NCBI GenBank assembly: GCA_036172245.1
Contig: JAYWIR010000023.1
Location: forward strand, 682,001-746,000
Length of the DNA stretch: 64,000 nt
From: Raillietiella orientalis
Taxonomy: Eukaryota
Reading direction: 5' to 3'
Part shown: piece by piece, positions 24,201-37,851 of the stretch
How the letters are laid out: each line of letters opens with the position of its first letter
Numbering within the stretch: the stretch's first letter is position 1
Translations under genes and position numbers: made by a program
The notes under the pieces: model-generated
Seen by the model: only the letters and a program-made list of their open reading frames with translations
The model's database searches: none
What the model was told of the DNA's origin: nothing

Positions 24201-25200
24201 TTTTTTTCTGGTTTCGCCCAGGGGCTCAAGAAGCTGTCCACGCCATCTGGGGGTGCACTTTCACTCTCCAAGTTAGGGAGTATCCCGGGAGGGGACCCCC
24301 TATAAATCCAGGAAGGGCGAGGAAGGAGTCCGTTGTTCTCACGCTTGGGAGGGAACCCCAAACCTCTTCCCTATTCTCTCCGGAAGGACACCCCAGAGGA
24401 AGTTACTCCCCATTCTTTCTCTGAAGGGAACCCGGAAAGGATCTGCTTCTAAAATTTTTTCTCCAGAGAGAATCCAGAACCCACAAGGGAACCTCTGTTT
24501 GTTTCCTCCTCTGAAGAGGACCCTGAAGGGCGCTCCCCGAAGGGAGCAGCGCACTTCACATTCTGAAGAGATACCAATCCACCAATTCCATGGTGCGAGA
24601 TGCAGAATCCCCTCCCCCTTTGAGGAGGGGGCATGGCTCCATTCTCACAAGGGGAAGGAGGAAGCCGGAAAGGGAGCCGGCTCCTTGATTCCTGGAAGGA
24701 CCCCGGAGCGTCAACTTCCAATCCCGGCCAGTCAACGGGAGCATCCGGGGATTACCGGCTTCCACCAGTGCCGCACCCAAATATGGGCCAACAAGCGTCA
24801 TCATCTTGCGGGGGGGACTCGAAGCCACGATGCACCCATTTCTCTGGCGTCGATCCTTCCTCGGGCGAGATTCACATCCGAGACGCTTGGCACCATGCGC
24901 GGAGACTTCAGCAGCCACATGGCCTCCAACAATGGCCCACTTTTCCCCCAAGGCTTCTAGGAGAGCTCAGATGAGCGTCGAGATGATCGAACTGGTCTTT
25001 TCATCCCCCTCTTCCCCCAGGGCTCGCAGGAGAGCGCGTGGGATGGAAGGTGCCACCCCCACCTCTTGAGAAAAAGAAGCGGGTGAAAACTAAGGGACCT
25101 GCCGAGGGATGGCTGAGAAAAGGGGTCGCCCCCCTTCCTCCTCCCTCTGCCCGTGTGAACGGCCTCCAGCGCGGACATCTAGAAAAAGCAGCCGGAGAGT
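21300..25200. mobile_element. GC-rich, unclassified degenerate insertion(s) in intron 6 of gene A
   Basis: Compositionally distinct block with broken protein-like frames, a G16 run (23134-23149) and degenerate short repeats (~24377-24570). No diagnostic motif recognised. Confidence 0.25.
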
Positions 25201-26258
25201 GAACCGGTCAGCTCCGTTTCTTCGTCAATTGTTTCTCGTCTTCCTTTCCTCCTGAGCCCCACGGCCATCGCGAAAATAGAACAACTGGGTCAGGTGGGGA
25301 TCAAGGATGCGAAACGCTGAAGGGCTACTGGTTCCCTTTTCAGCACCAAGAACGCGCAGCACAATGACACTGAATTCGACGGCAACTCTTGGTGACCATT
25401 GCATGGGTCCAAACTGAATTCGGAAGCGTAGCTTCCTTTCCTATGAAGGTTATCAGCACAGGAGCGATCATCCGAAACCGATCCTCGCTCTTCCTCACGG
25501 TTTCGTGTTGCCATTCGTGCTTTCTGGAGCGGCTGATGGAACCGAAATTGCAGCGGTGGTTCCTGCGCAAACTGCACCAATCAAGAGCGTTTAGAACGAA
25601 AGGATCATCGAGCAGACGTGGAGCACGCGGTTACAGAAAGCAAGATCTTACTCTTGCCCCGTGTTTTCTCAGTTGACTGTTCAAATTAAGAAGCTGCTCT
25701 CTGTGCACTCGGGAAAACCAGGAGCGGCAGCAGTTAAAGTTTCTTAAACGATATTCACAAGCGCCGCAGCTCCGCGTTCTGCGCACTCCACCACGGATGA
25801 GTTTATCGGTGCACATCTCGGTTTGCCTTCCATTTTCCACACGTCATCTCGTGAAGGCACTCCTACATTACATGCCTCCTTTTCCATTCCGATGTATGGC
25901 ACCAGCCTCATTACGCGATCTGATTTGAATATTCCGAACATCACCGCCGCTTATCCGATCCGATCCATTAATGCTTCCAAAGGAGCCGTGGGAACACACG
26001 AGAAGTTTCCACGTGCTTCCACGCCAAGCCTTCCAGGAGACCTTGGACGGGAAACGGCCGAGGAGGACCCTGCGCACACAATACGATTGACGTGGAGAAC
26101 GCAATGCTCACAGAACGGGGGAAGCACGTCCCGATGCACCATCTTCTCAATGTCCGGCAAAAGGCTGCTGCGATCCTTTTTTTCCCACTTTTTAACGTTT
26201 TCCGCAGTTCTTGCACGAGTGCGGGAGGAGTCTGTCGCCTGCGAAGGTGCGCTCCCAC

Positions 26259-26289
26259 CACACACACACACACACATACACACACACAC
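26259..26289 (+). repeat. (CA)n microsatellite, read as (UG)n in the gene A pre-mRNA
   Basis: Directly visible, with one TA interruption; ~100 nt downstream of the exon 6 donor. Confidence 0.9.
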
Positions 26290-26385
26290 GAACGAACGAA
26301 TGAGAGATTCGATTCGAAATAAAATTCCGAGTGCTTTCACACATGCGTACGGATTCTTCATAAATAAAATTCTATATCCCCTTAC

Positions 26386-26474
26386 CACCATCTGATATAT
26401 GGCATCCACTATGTTATACATTTCTTCTCGAGTTATGAATCCGTCATTGTCGACGTCGTACAGCTTGAATGCCC
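26386..26474 (-). CDS. NCS1: NCS-1/frequenin gene A exon 6 ([30 protein letters not shown]), EF-hand 3
   Basis: Acceptor atttctAG and donor GTAAG; 89 nt; canonical EF loop [12 protein letters not shown]. Confidence 0.97.
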
Positions 26475-29400
26475 CTAGAAATTACACATGTACACATAAC
26501 TAGAATTCAGCTACTGTTTCATTCTTTGCATATATAGCTGACCAAGCACATGCAAAAAAAAAAAAATACATTTTTCTAAAAATGAGGATCTAGTTGCACT
26601 GGATTTATTTCTTGCACATTTCCATCGATTTTCAAAGAACTTTAAATAAGGTGGAATATCATAACACGCATCCTTCTCAAATTCCGCGACTTGCGTCACC
26701 AAGCAGGACGATGGAGCAGAGACGAAGGATCTACATCTATGTCGTGTAAGCATCACATCTGAACTGCATACGAAACTAACAGGAAAGCCATATGAAAAGC
26801 ATTTGCATTGCTACACTGCCCAGAAACAAGCATCATCCTCATCGTCCGTATCTCGGAAATTCGGGAAATGACCATTTAGTATATGTACAGCCGAAGCGTG
26901 TACTGTGTAAATGACCATTTACACAGTAGCATCATTTAAGTGAGGCAGTCAAAGAAAATGCGAGACGGGTAATGAAGGTAATGAAGATCCTGATCTTCAT
27001 TCGAACAGAATGATACTGGTCCTCCAAAATCTTTTGTAGTAATGTTTTATCCCCAATGTGTTTCTTGAACTTTGTATACGCTCAAACAACAACCCAAGTT
27101 ACGGTGGCTCCACTAATGGAGAATTCATCATCGACATTTCAGATATGCTCACGGCCTTCATTTACATGCAAACAGATGCCTTTTGATCAGAGCACAATAA
27201 ACGCGAAGAGTCATACTAAGAAGAGCACCTGACACTTGAAATTTAAAAGGGACGTTCTCAAGAAACTGATTTTCGTACAAGGCAGAAGAAGAGTGTGCTT
27301 GAAGAACAGGCTATGGATACTTTTCTGCCATCTCTCAACTCACTCCAAACGCTTTTGCAGAGATGGACAGAGCTTCCCAGCGACGATTGAGCAAAAAATT
27401 GCGAGGTCTTCGTTTTCAGCCTCTTTCATCCACTATTGGCGCCCGTTTATGAAACCTTGCACGTCACCTTGGTAGGAACTTCGCAGAGTGAAGGTCACCA
27501 AGGGGACCGTAATCCGGAAGCGAGTTCCTGAAGCAGAAAATCTTCTGCACTTGGAAATCAAACCATAGCACGCACTCTGAGAACCGCGTGGCCAGAAGGG
27601 CAGCCACCGAGTGGCATGAAGTCGGAAGCAGTGGGAACCGATTCGTTTTACAGTGTCCACACAGACCTGAAAAACTACTGAACTGCCTATGACATGGTCA
27701 TGACGTCGGTTGCGTAGGTAATCAACATCGAAAAGGAAGACCTGCTATTTGAAAATCCTCAGTTACTTGTGTTTATTGGAGAAAACTCAAAACATACAGG
27801 AAAACGCTAACTAGTAAAGATAGTTAATGATTCATTGAATTCAATTATGCATACATCTGATTGCGTACATCCGAAATAACAATACTGTTCTATCATTTTC
27901 CAAGTAAACACGAACTTTGGTACATAAAACTCGAACAACGTGCAGCGCAGAGACAGAATTGTTACCATGGATCCCACCAAGGTATTATTCTGATTATGTT
28001 CAAAAGCAAAGCTGAGAAAAAAGATGAGGAGATCATGAAGTTGAATTTGATAAGAATGCCCCTAAAAGGTCCATCATACTTACGTTAAAAATGAGTATGA
28101 AATCAGGGTTTAAGAAGGAGCAAACTGAATTTCTGGAGAGCAGTGTTTCTGGCAACCATGGTGGGTGCCGACTGCAAGATTCTACTATTTGCTACAGCTG
28201 ATTTTTTATTGATGATTTTGCATCTCTGAACGTGTCTCAGAGTTAATATCCTTACACGAATTGATTCACCTCTGTGCAGTGAATACTCCTCAATCCAAGT
28301 GTGAGATTTTGGCAAACTTATTCAATGCACAATGCGTCATTCGTTAAGGACACTGGAAGCTTTAATGCTCCAAATGTCCTTGCAAGGCTCTTTTTACAGA
28401 AAGCTGAGGCTCTGAATTGGATTTGAAGAACAGTCGGGGGATTCTTTCGTATATAAAAAGCAAGGTAACCTGAAACTGCGGCCGCTGTGGCTGGTCAAAA
28501 AAGGTTCTCAAGTTTCATGACATTCCCCCCCCTCCCCCAAAAAAAAAAGGAAAAAAAGCACACCACCATCATGCAGATTATTAGAAACTGAAGCTAAGCA
28601 CGACTGCGATGTACAATTGGTTCGATGCTGAAAAGCACGTATACTGGAAATAGCATATAGGTTTACGATATCTCCCTCCCACGAAATTTGCATTTTAAAA
28701 GTCCTCGTAAGAAAGCATGGCTTGATGGCAAAAAAAAATAATGAAAACGAAACTCTCAGGTATTCCTCAGTGTTGTCTCATTCGAGTGTTTGATCTTCCT
28801 TCCGGAAGACTCTCGGAATCCTGGCAATTTCCTCTCCCTAATGCAGTCCCATGTTTTCAAAAAATCTTTCCATTTAGTTCTTGCACGTACTTTATCAGAA
28901 AAATTAACTGAAAAGATTTCCCAAATGTCTGAGAGACTTTTCAAGCAGGGAAGCACGCAATCTACTGATGAGGTCCGTGAGCGATGCACAGAGGAACATC
29001 CTCTCAAAGTGGACCAGTCGATAATCGATTAAAAATGTACTCCTACGCCTTAGATGCTTTCCAATGTTTCGAGAACATGCATGGGAAAAGTGCTGCGAGC
29101 AAAGGGAAGTTTAAGACTCAGAAAAGTAAAACTTTCGCTCTCTCAGCTTCCACCATCGTGCCAAAAGAATTTCATCGTCGAAGCACCCGGAGAAGTGACA
29201 GAGAGTTCCTAAATTTCCGATGTTTGCTGGGGTGAGTGCACTAATCTAACGTAAGTACTCTTCAAATTAAGAGCATGAGGATCTTAAGGCGGAAGCAAAT
29301 GGCTGAGCGTGATCAGAAAATGTGCCTTTGGAGATTCGAATCACAGAATCTAGAAGATTCAAAAAAAACTTGTATTTCCCGGAAACTTATTCCCGAAAAG

Positions 29401-29989
29401 CATATGTTGAGAACCGTGACGTGATTTCGAGAAAGAGGTAAGGTTGTGTAAAAAAAAGGAAAAAAAAAAAAAGCGGTCGAAGTCACGCACAACAGATGTA
29501 TGGAGAATATTTTGATAAATCACTAGGTACGCCAGGTTGATAACAGAATCTACTGGCATCATGGGATGATGTGATCTAACTTCATAGATCTTGAAATTAG
29601 AGATTCCTCAGAGGAAAAGGAGATCAGGAACTGATCTAACTTTCCACGGAAATGTGAGATCGATGTGGACCTCTTCATGAATATGGAAAGTCAATTCCCG
29701 AGTCGTGGATGACACACGAATGGGGAAAAAAGGATCGAAACAATAAGCGACTTGGCGGGGGGGGGGGGACAAATACATAATATTAGATGGATTGGTGGAA
29801 TATTTTATTTATTGCTTCGGCTCCTTAGAAAAGCAAGACGGTTTTCCCCTCCGAGTTGGCGGTTCTACAGGGGAATCAATTTGAAGCTGTGTTCACTCGA
29901 AGAGAAAGTGTCTCTACCAGCACGTTTTTCTCAGAAGGCAAAGTAGAAGACCTGGGAGATGCTGTAGTTTCTAAGACCACGGATCAGGA

Positions 29990-30215
29990 GCAGTGAATCA
30001 TCCGGTGATGTTCAAGAGCGTACGCGAAGAGCTAACGATTTCCGGTATGTTACAGAGGAGCGAGGGAGAAAAAAGAGATATGGAACGACATACGGAAATG
30101 GGACCTTCACGACGAAAATGTGCGAGCGTTTCGAGGACCACCCTTTACAATTTTTCCGAATTTTTATCACTGGGTCGCCTGCATGCATGGCTTCCGTGAA
30201 GCTCGAAAGGCGAGA
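29990..30215 (+). mobile_element. Tc1/mariner transposase fragment
   Basis: KSVREELTIS (HTH-like) and CERFEDHPLQFFRIFITGSPA, resembling the ..EEDPDFLxRIIFSDEA region before the first catalytic Asp. Confidence 0.4.
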
Positions 30216-31499
30216 GGAGCTGCAGGAGGGAGAAATGCAAGACACATCACTTTGGCACAGAAACCTCTCATATGAAATTTGCTCTGCGTCTCAGTTAAGA
30301 GGTAGGAAATGAACTTATGGTGGAAGAGGGCTAAAAAAACAAACGGAGGAGTCCTTGTAGGTAACGGAAAGTATGTAATCGGGGTTGAAGGACTCGAAGC
30401 AAACATCCCATTAATTAAAGCGGACTGTTTTATGTAGATGTGGAAAATGTGGAGCAAAGGTTGCTATGAAGCACGCAGCCAAGAAGCTGGAGCGCTCTTT
30501 CATCACGTCTGTTTTGTGAAAAAAAGTAGAGTAGCTGCCCTTCCTGTTGATTTTCAGATGTGGGAGTGCCCGTCCCAGGGAGGCAAAGTTTTGTCGAACC
30601 CAAGTTTAGCAGGATATCCCACTTTATCGAATTACAATGCATTCTGCCTAACACGTGCTCTCGAAAAGTTCCCGTAAATCATTGAGATGGTCGGCGTGCG
30701 GATAACGCAGGGTTCCCAATGCCGGAAACTTTGTTTTTCCTTTTTAAAGTCCAAGTAATAAGGATACTTTGAAACCATTATCCCATAGACTCATGCCTCC
30801 ATTCCTAATGTCGGACTCTGCTCTGCGGCCACCCGGCCGGAGCCCTAAACTGCGCGGCGTTCGCACAAAGAACTCCCCGGCGCAGGAATCGCTCGACCTT
30901 TGCGGATTCACTGCCGGTACGACGGGTTCACCGGCGGCTTTCTGTGCACTAGTAGATGTCATCTCTGTCTGGGATGGAATCGGCACGTGACACAAGGGAG
31001 CAGACTTTGCATCTCTCGAAGTGAATGGAGGTGGGTGGATGGAAGAAGAAAAACCACAGTTCGGCGGGGTGCAGCGAGTGCTCCAGGGCAGGGCCACCGA
31101 AGAGCTGGTGCCTTCAGGATCACCTTCCGTCGGGTTCCAGAATTCCAATCTTACGGGACTCTTGCGTGAATCACCTGCGCCACCAAGCGAGGAGATTCAT
31201 TTTTCGAGAAAGGAAGCATTAGAAGAGGGAGTAGACGACGAAGAAGAAAATCATAGTAAAAATCACGTTTGAGGGATCTAAGGTCTCATTTCTAGCTGGC
31301 TAAACACAGCATGAAATTCGGAGGTGCGTGGATACTATGAGTACCGTTCAATCTGGCAATGCCATGGTACTCTGATCTCAAAACTGGCTTCGCTACAGGC
31401 GAGTGCTTCCCAGAGGAAGCGATAAGGTTTTATCTGTGACTCGCATGCATGGAAGTCGTAACGGTGACCTACAACGGTGTTTTCCTTGTTGATGACCCA

Positions 31500-33020
31500 T
31501 TACAAGTGAATCAACGCCTCTTCAAGCAAAGCACTCTCCGGGAAATAATTCGGTCCCAAGCTCACTGCTCAGGCGCATCTTTCAGCCTGCATTCGAGATT
31601 CCTTCACACTTGACTTAGGAAAAAAGAAAAAAAGAGAAGAAGAAAAAGGAAGCAGAGAGGTAGTACGCGCCGATCTCTGCTTTCCCGACGACAGCGTGGA
31701 CTTTCTGAGATGCCGGGAAGCTGCTCGCAACGAGCAGCGGAAGCCCTCCCGCATCCGACAGACTCGCTCTCCTTGAAGAGGGAAACTCCTGTGGCGGCGG
31801 TTCGTCGCAAGGACTCTTTCAACCACTGCGCCACCGGCGATCCTGTGCTACATCCGCCATGCAGCGGCTGCTCATCGCCACGCGGTCAAGCAGTAGCAGC
31901 CCGGAGGAACGGTCGCTCGCTTCACCCCGTCCATGATTCAGGAAGGTGGCAAGATGGCCTCATCTCCGTCCCGAGAATCAGAGGGGACGACTGCGGAGTT
32001 GCGGGAGGCTACAAGGAAGGCGTGGCGCAGGCAGTTGGCGATCTTCCCTGTTTGCTGCAGGAGACGATGAGCGGTCTATGTCCGGTGTTTCCTCGTATCG
32101 TGTATACACACATTTGTTTGTTTTTTCTCTCCTACTGTCCTTTTAACCCTTCGGTACGGAGCGCGTTTCCTCCCTCCCTCTTAGTGACCGATATGTGCGT
32201 GGCAGTCCCCCGAATCGCGCCTCTAGGACACGTGAATGCACGTTTATTTACTCTGCTTAAACATCCCGGAGCGGCGGAGTCGGAAAGAACGGCATGGAAA
32301 GCACTTGCATCTCACCGAAAGATGCCCTCTGTTTCATCGCCGACCCAACCAGTTCGGTTCTGGATTACTGAAGTTCTAAGGAACGGTGGGCTTCCCGCTT
32401 CGTTATCCAAGCTTCTCGGGTGGCTTGGAAAAGCAGGGGATTTGGACTTCTCGGGAAATCCAGAAATATGCGCTTGGAGATCACGTGGGTATGGAAGGTG
32501 GGAAGGCGGGGAGGGGAAAGAAGAAGAAGAAAATAGAGGGAACCCAAAATGCGCGTTTTGCGAGAAGTGTGACAACATGTTGCGGAAAAGGCGAGGCCTT
32601 CAGTATCCAAGAGACGAAGCGAAGAACGCGTCATCAACAGATTCCGATTTCGAAAGGACAGTTATCGACTTCAGTTGACAAACGATGTTTTAGGAATGAC
32701 GTTTGTTTTCGTGTTCGTCGGGATCTTTCTCCCCGAGGTGGGACGAGGACCACGCTACTGCGATGAGTGAACCGTTGCCATTAACAAGACTCGGTGACAG
32801 CAGGTGTCTTGTTCAGGAATTCTCCAGGAAAGTTTCCCAGTTCGACAAATCCGGATCTTTTTGTTTCGGTCATTTCGATCGTTCCTCAGAACTTCACGAA
32901 ATGGGCGTCGTTTCCTTTTTCGCCCTGTGCCAGCAGCCTGCCTGGTGAGTGTGCTGTTAAAGAGGAAGGTCATTGATAACTGCTGTTTTTGTAGTACTTG
33001 GTTCTGTGAATCATGCATTA
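31500..33020 (+). mobile_element. Degenerate piggyBac-like transposase
   Basis: Ordered relics LFKQ../FGPKL, FTLDLGK...GSREVV, LKRETPVAAVRRK..PRGQAVA..RWQD and VSSYRV, plus a C-terminal Cys-rich domain ACLVSVLLKRKVIDNCCFCSTWFCESC (~32935-33017). Confidence 0.45.
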
Positions 33021-35864
33021 TCGATGGCTTAGAAATTCCTTCTCAGTGGCTCAGAAATGGTTCCAAAGATGAGTTCGAGCGGAAGACAGAGTCAAGGTTA
33101 TGAAGGCTAACAGTGAAAGCCCAGGAATGACATGGAAGGTCATGGAACAGCTAGGAAAGAGATTCATATGTAAGAGCTCGTACAGGCTCATCATCGGAAG
33201 CGTACGCGCCGCATTTCCAGGACCGCTGAGTATCTCTTGATAGGACTGGGTTGTTGAGAGACTCTGTAAGGTGGGTACCAAAACGCCTGAGAGGAGTGGA
33301 AACAGATTAGCACTGAGAGGTGCCCTACCAAGGATATCATGGTAACCATATTTCCAGAATAAAAAAGGGTGAGTTCCGATCCATGTCATCGAAATAAGTA
33401 CAGTGATCCTGAGAGGACGAGCGAAACTCTGGCAAGGCTCAATATTACACTAAGAAGAATATCGAAAAAGAGAGAGTTTATTCTCTGCTCTCTTCAGAAT
33501 GGTTCTCGTTCTGTTAGACACAAGAGGGATTCCTCTTGGCCCGCATCTCTCAGGTAGAGCCAAGACTCCCTTCAACCAGAACCTTTATTGGTTCGTACGG
33601 AGGAAGATCGACTCCGGAACATGTGCTAGCACTCGAGATCTCAAGAGTTCATCGGTTCTTACAAAATTGGTTTATTTGTGATCCTATCAGAAGAAATATG
33701 CATGGGATGACCGCAGCTTCCATGGTACAAAGGGAGAATTAAAAATCAATGATTACAAAAGAGTAATTTTGATTGAAGAAGAAAGAACGAGTGATCTGGG
33801 GGTCCTCAGTTTCGTCATTATTTATGATCTACAATACCAATTCATTCTTCACTGTATTGGAATGAGACTGGGTGATCAATACGACACTGTCTCATTACTC
33901 TGCAACACAAGAAGACATTAGGATCGTCCTGTCCAATTAAGGGGACAGTTAATCACAGCTCAGTTCATCAATTTTCGATCTTGATGCTACAGAAAGGGGT
34001 TCTTAGAGGCGTTATCAAATCATTGCACTTCATTGCCTGGAACCACCCCCTGAACGATCTTGAAGTCTTGCTAATAAAGAAGGTTTTGTGGAAACCACCG
34101 GGACTCTGAGACAACAATTCCTGCATAGACAGCAGCTTGCTTTTCTTTGCCGTCAGCTACCTGTTGCATTTCTCTCCACCAAGATGATGTGAACACGACA
34201 TGTGTCTTAAGTGTAAGAGCACCGAAAACAAACACACATGCATGGGAGCACTTGAGCCAAATCGAAACGGGGGAGAATTGGGTCCGACTTTCCATCACCA
34301 CTCTCGGAGTAAGACCGTGGGTCTTTTGCAGCCTCAGGAAAAAAAACAAGAACTTTATCATTTGCTAGTCAGTTGCTTTTGGAACTTGGAAGAACAAAAT
34401 CCACCCGCTCTTCCATCAACTTCGCCAAGAATTTCGTTGCAGCGCCCACATCCACCACACTTCCTATGGGGTAGAGGTTTATCTTTAAGTACTCTTGAGC
34501 ACGTCCCAGCCGACATTGTTCTCAAGAGCAGTCACAGCTCGCGGGCTGAAGGAAGCCCTGGCTTCCTTGCCCAAGGTTCTGCTTCATGGATTTTGACTCT
34601 TTCCTTAATGTGGGTGAACCTTTGCTTCACTGTGCGGGGCGAGGGAACTAGCAGCTACCCTCGACGTGTTCCTAAACGTTCCTTTCTCTCGAGCTGCTGA
34701 AAGCGGCCTGCGAGCTGGCTAGCGGGAGCTCGGAACCATCTCTTCTCACAATACGCATCCAAAGAAAGGCAAAAAGGATCTGACGGAAAGCACGGGGATT
34801 TCCTCTTCTTGTTTCGAATGCTACCTAAATATTGAGACTTTCTTCCGGTGGACCTGTGTCTGTTCCCGAGGGAGTTTCGGAAGGAGTTCCGAGGAATTTC
34901 GAAAAATGGCACCGGTTCTAATATCCAAAGTTCAGACCAGTGTTCAGTCCTCCTATTCGTCGGTGAAATCACTTCCTCAACTCCCACGCGCGTTCCGCAG
35001 ATCAAGACAACGTGGTGTTTCTGGCCAAAAAGGGGACGGCTGCACGAGTCAGTTCGCTTCTGTGTCATTCGCTGGGCGTCATTCTTCATGGAAGTGAATT
35101 TCCAGGAATAGTTTTTCAAAGAGACTTCTTTGAGAACAGCCTCCTTAGCAACCCTGGGAAGCTTCACCTTGCCACTGATTTGAATTCTTTTCCTTTGTTG
35201 CCGTCCGCGATTTCCGACAGTTCAGCCAGTTGCAACGGCATGATCTGAAGGTCTCTGGTCCTTTCAGGCACTGTGGTGCTTTTTCTCTTTTGCAACAGCA
35301 GTTCAAGCTTCCTAGTGCTCTTCTGTTTTACTTGGGGACTTCCAGCGGCTTCCGGAAATGTATGTCGCCATCCATTTGTGAGGAACTGTGTGTTCTCTTC
35401 CCTCTAGCAGTCCTGCTTACACAAACAAAGTGCCAAATGTGCTTCTAGGGTGTAGAGTCCATTTCGACGGTGTTGCTCCCTCTTCCTTCCTAAGATATTT
35501 CGCGAAATTTCCAGAACAGCTCTTCGCACAGCACACTGCACTTTCGACAGTTCCTTAGACCGTCTCTTCCTCGGCCGACTTGCGTTGGGAGACACAGACT
35601 GATCCTCGGAGCCTCGAACAAGAGGCTCAAATATGAGGGAGGAAGAAGTTGAGACCTTGGAACTGTGGAAAAGGGATTCTAAAATCAGGAAGAACCGAGA
35701 GAAGCATTTCTTGGCAAGCCTATGCTCCAGGGTTCCTTCCGACGTTCATGGTAACACAGCAAGAAGGAAAGTCGATCCGGATTCCTTTTCGCTTTGCCCT
35801 TTATCGGGAGGAACCTTAAGATATTTGTAGTGCAGGATAAGCTAAGAACTGGATCATATTTGAC

Positions 35865-37851
35865 TTTTGAAGCATCTGCTCTGATTACCTGATCTTCTGA
35901 ATCGCTGGTCTTTGCGACTCTAGAAGTCTGAAGTCGTGGAGCTTCTCCTCTTTACATCTACCCAGAACCTGCCTTCTTCTCCCCTTTACTTTTCTTCAGT
36001 GCTTCGGGCTCAGTTTTCCTTTCTCGGATTACAAATCCACTCTCCGTCACTCCAAGTACTCGAGCATGCGCATTTAGGCCCTCACTGAGAGAAGGATTTT
36101 TTCTTGCTTCTTAGAGTTTTTTTTTTTTTTTCCTGGTGATGTTGTTGGATCATATTTCACTTCCTCAGACAATGACCGTGCTGCCAGAAGTGACCCAGTG
36201 ACCCACCATCTCTCTCTGTTCACTCTAGAGCAGATTACTTTGTTCTCTGCTAAGGAGGGGGAATGGCTGGAAGGTCTTCGTTTGCGGTGCACATCTCCAG
36301 ATTCCAGATATGGAACAGGATGATTGAAATTAAGGTACTCGGAGAGTTTGATGGGTAGCAGCTCTTAAACAGCAGGAGCTAAGCGAAGAGTTTCATTAGA
36401 GGTAATCTGAAGGTACACTACGAAGATTTTCTTCCCTAACGAAGATCGATTTACTATCCTTCCAGCATCCCTTAGGGAAGGAAGGGTATTTCTTTGGCTC
36501 CGTCACCAGGTCGGAGCCATCATTATTAGATTACTATTTTGGGTGTGAAAGCCTCGCCCCCACTACGGACCGGTCTCTACCCTACACTTTTCACATTTTT
36601 TTTTTTGGCTCCCGTTTTTTCATTTACCACTTGTTTTTCTTTCTTCGAGAGACTCGTCAGCTGCCTCGTTCGCCTCGCCCGCCCATTCGGAGGCAAAGCT
36701 CGCTTTCTTGGGATTTTTTTTAACGTATGTAGCTGCACCTTCTAAGGCGGTCTTCTGTTGCAAGCAGCGAGAAGAATGTTTTGCCAAAGAGCACAAACAG
36801 TGGGTTTCCCGGGAAACAGACACCCTGCCGATTGCTTTCCGGTCTTCTTCCCGTTGACAACTCGGGAAACGAGATACGAAATCAGCATTCGAAAAGCACT
36901 TCTGTAAGTGGAACAACGACCGGTGGGAAGCTGCTTCCTTTACGTTGCTTTCTCTACTGCTTGGTCCATTTTTCAGCCTTCCGGAGAAGAGTTCGTCCAT
37001 CTGCTATCCCTTCAATGCATACCATCGTCCTGTTTGCATTTTACTGGCCTCTGGAGAGCTGAGAAATAGAAAGACGTTACAAATCTTCTTCCTGACTCCT
37101 GAAGAGCAGTCTTCTGTTTTTTTTTCCCCTCCAGTTCAGCTATCTAGTTCCCTCTGTTGTTCCTTTCAACCTTTTCCTTGTTTGTGGAAACATCTGTTGC
37201 TTACTCAGTGTTCTGGAGTTCTGATTACTCTGAAATATCCATTTTTCTGCAATTTTACTATCCACTATTTTGTAGTAGAGAGTTCATTGCGGAACTTCTC
37301 CGTTCTTCTGTTGAGATCAGGAAGCACAGAGAGGGAAGAACTATGTAGCTTGCATCCCAATTTGGACAATGGGACGATCTAAAAGCCATTACCACTACCC
37401 ATACTAAATAAAAGCTGAATTTTTTTTCCTTCATTTTAAGCCAGGTAAACATCACTCGTGTTTCATCGCTTCGCTGCAGCCCATGGCTAACGGGAAGCTG
37501 ACACCATGTTTTGGTTTGGATGTTCCTCGGCTTGTATCATTAGCAGGGACAGCCCGTTTTTCACGGTTAGCGTGTTCGACGTTGTGATGGCAAAGATGCC
37601 TGTTTGAGGGTGGCATAAATCGAGATATATCTTGAGCTTTCTGAGTTTTTTTTTCAAGATTTGCATTCACGAAACCCCCCACAAAGCTGCACAGATGCAT
37701 CGGAGAGAAGGCATCTGCAAATGGCAGTTAGAACATCAAGATGAACTGCCAGAGGTCGACTGGCCTCTCTGCTCAGTGCGAGGTATCAGGCCGATTTCCG
37801 GTTAGAATCGGAAAAGAAGAGGGTCAGGTAATTAGAGCAGATGCTTCAAAA
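35865..37851. repeat. 28-bp inverted repeat pair (35865-35892 and 37824-37851), one mismatch
   Basis: ttttgaagcatctgctctgattacctga versus the reverse complement of tcaggtaattagagcagatgcttcaaaa. Confidence 0.8.

Noticed and set aside
25951..26385. Read-through of exon 6 into intron 6 (156-aa ORF)
   Set aside because: It runs through a microsatellite with no protein-like features; the canonical donor and exon 7 explain the gene.
28965..29000. Hammerhead-like CTGATGAGGTCCGTGAG
   Set aside because: No closing stem II or GAAA core follows.
31710..32678. 322-aa ORF as an intact gene
   Set aside because: Better explained as part of a decayed piggyBac-like relic; catalytic motifs are not intact.
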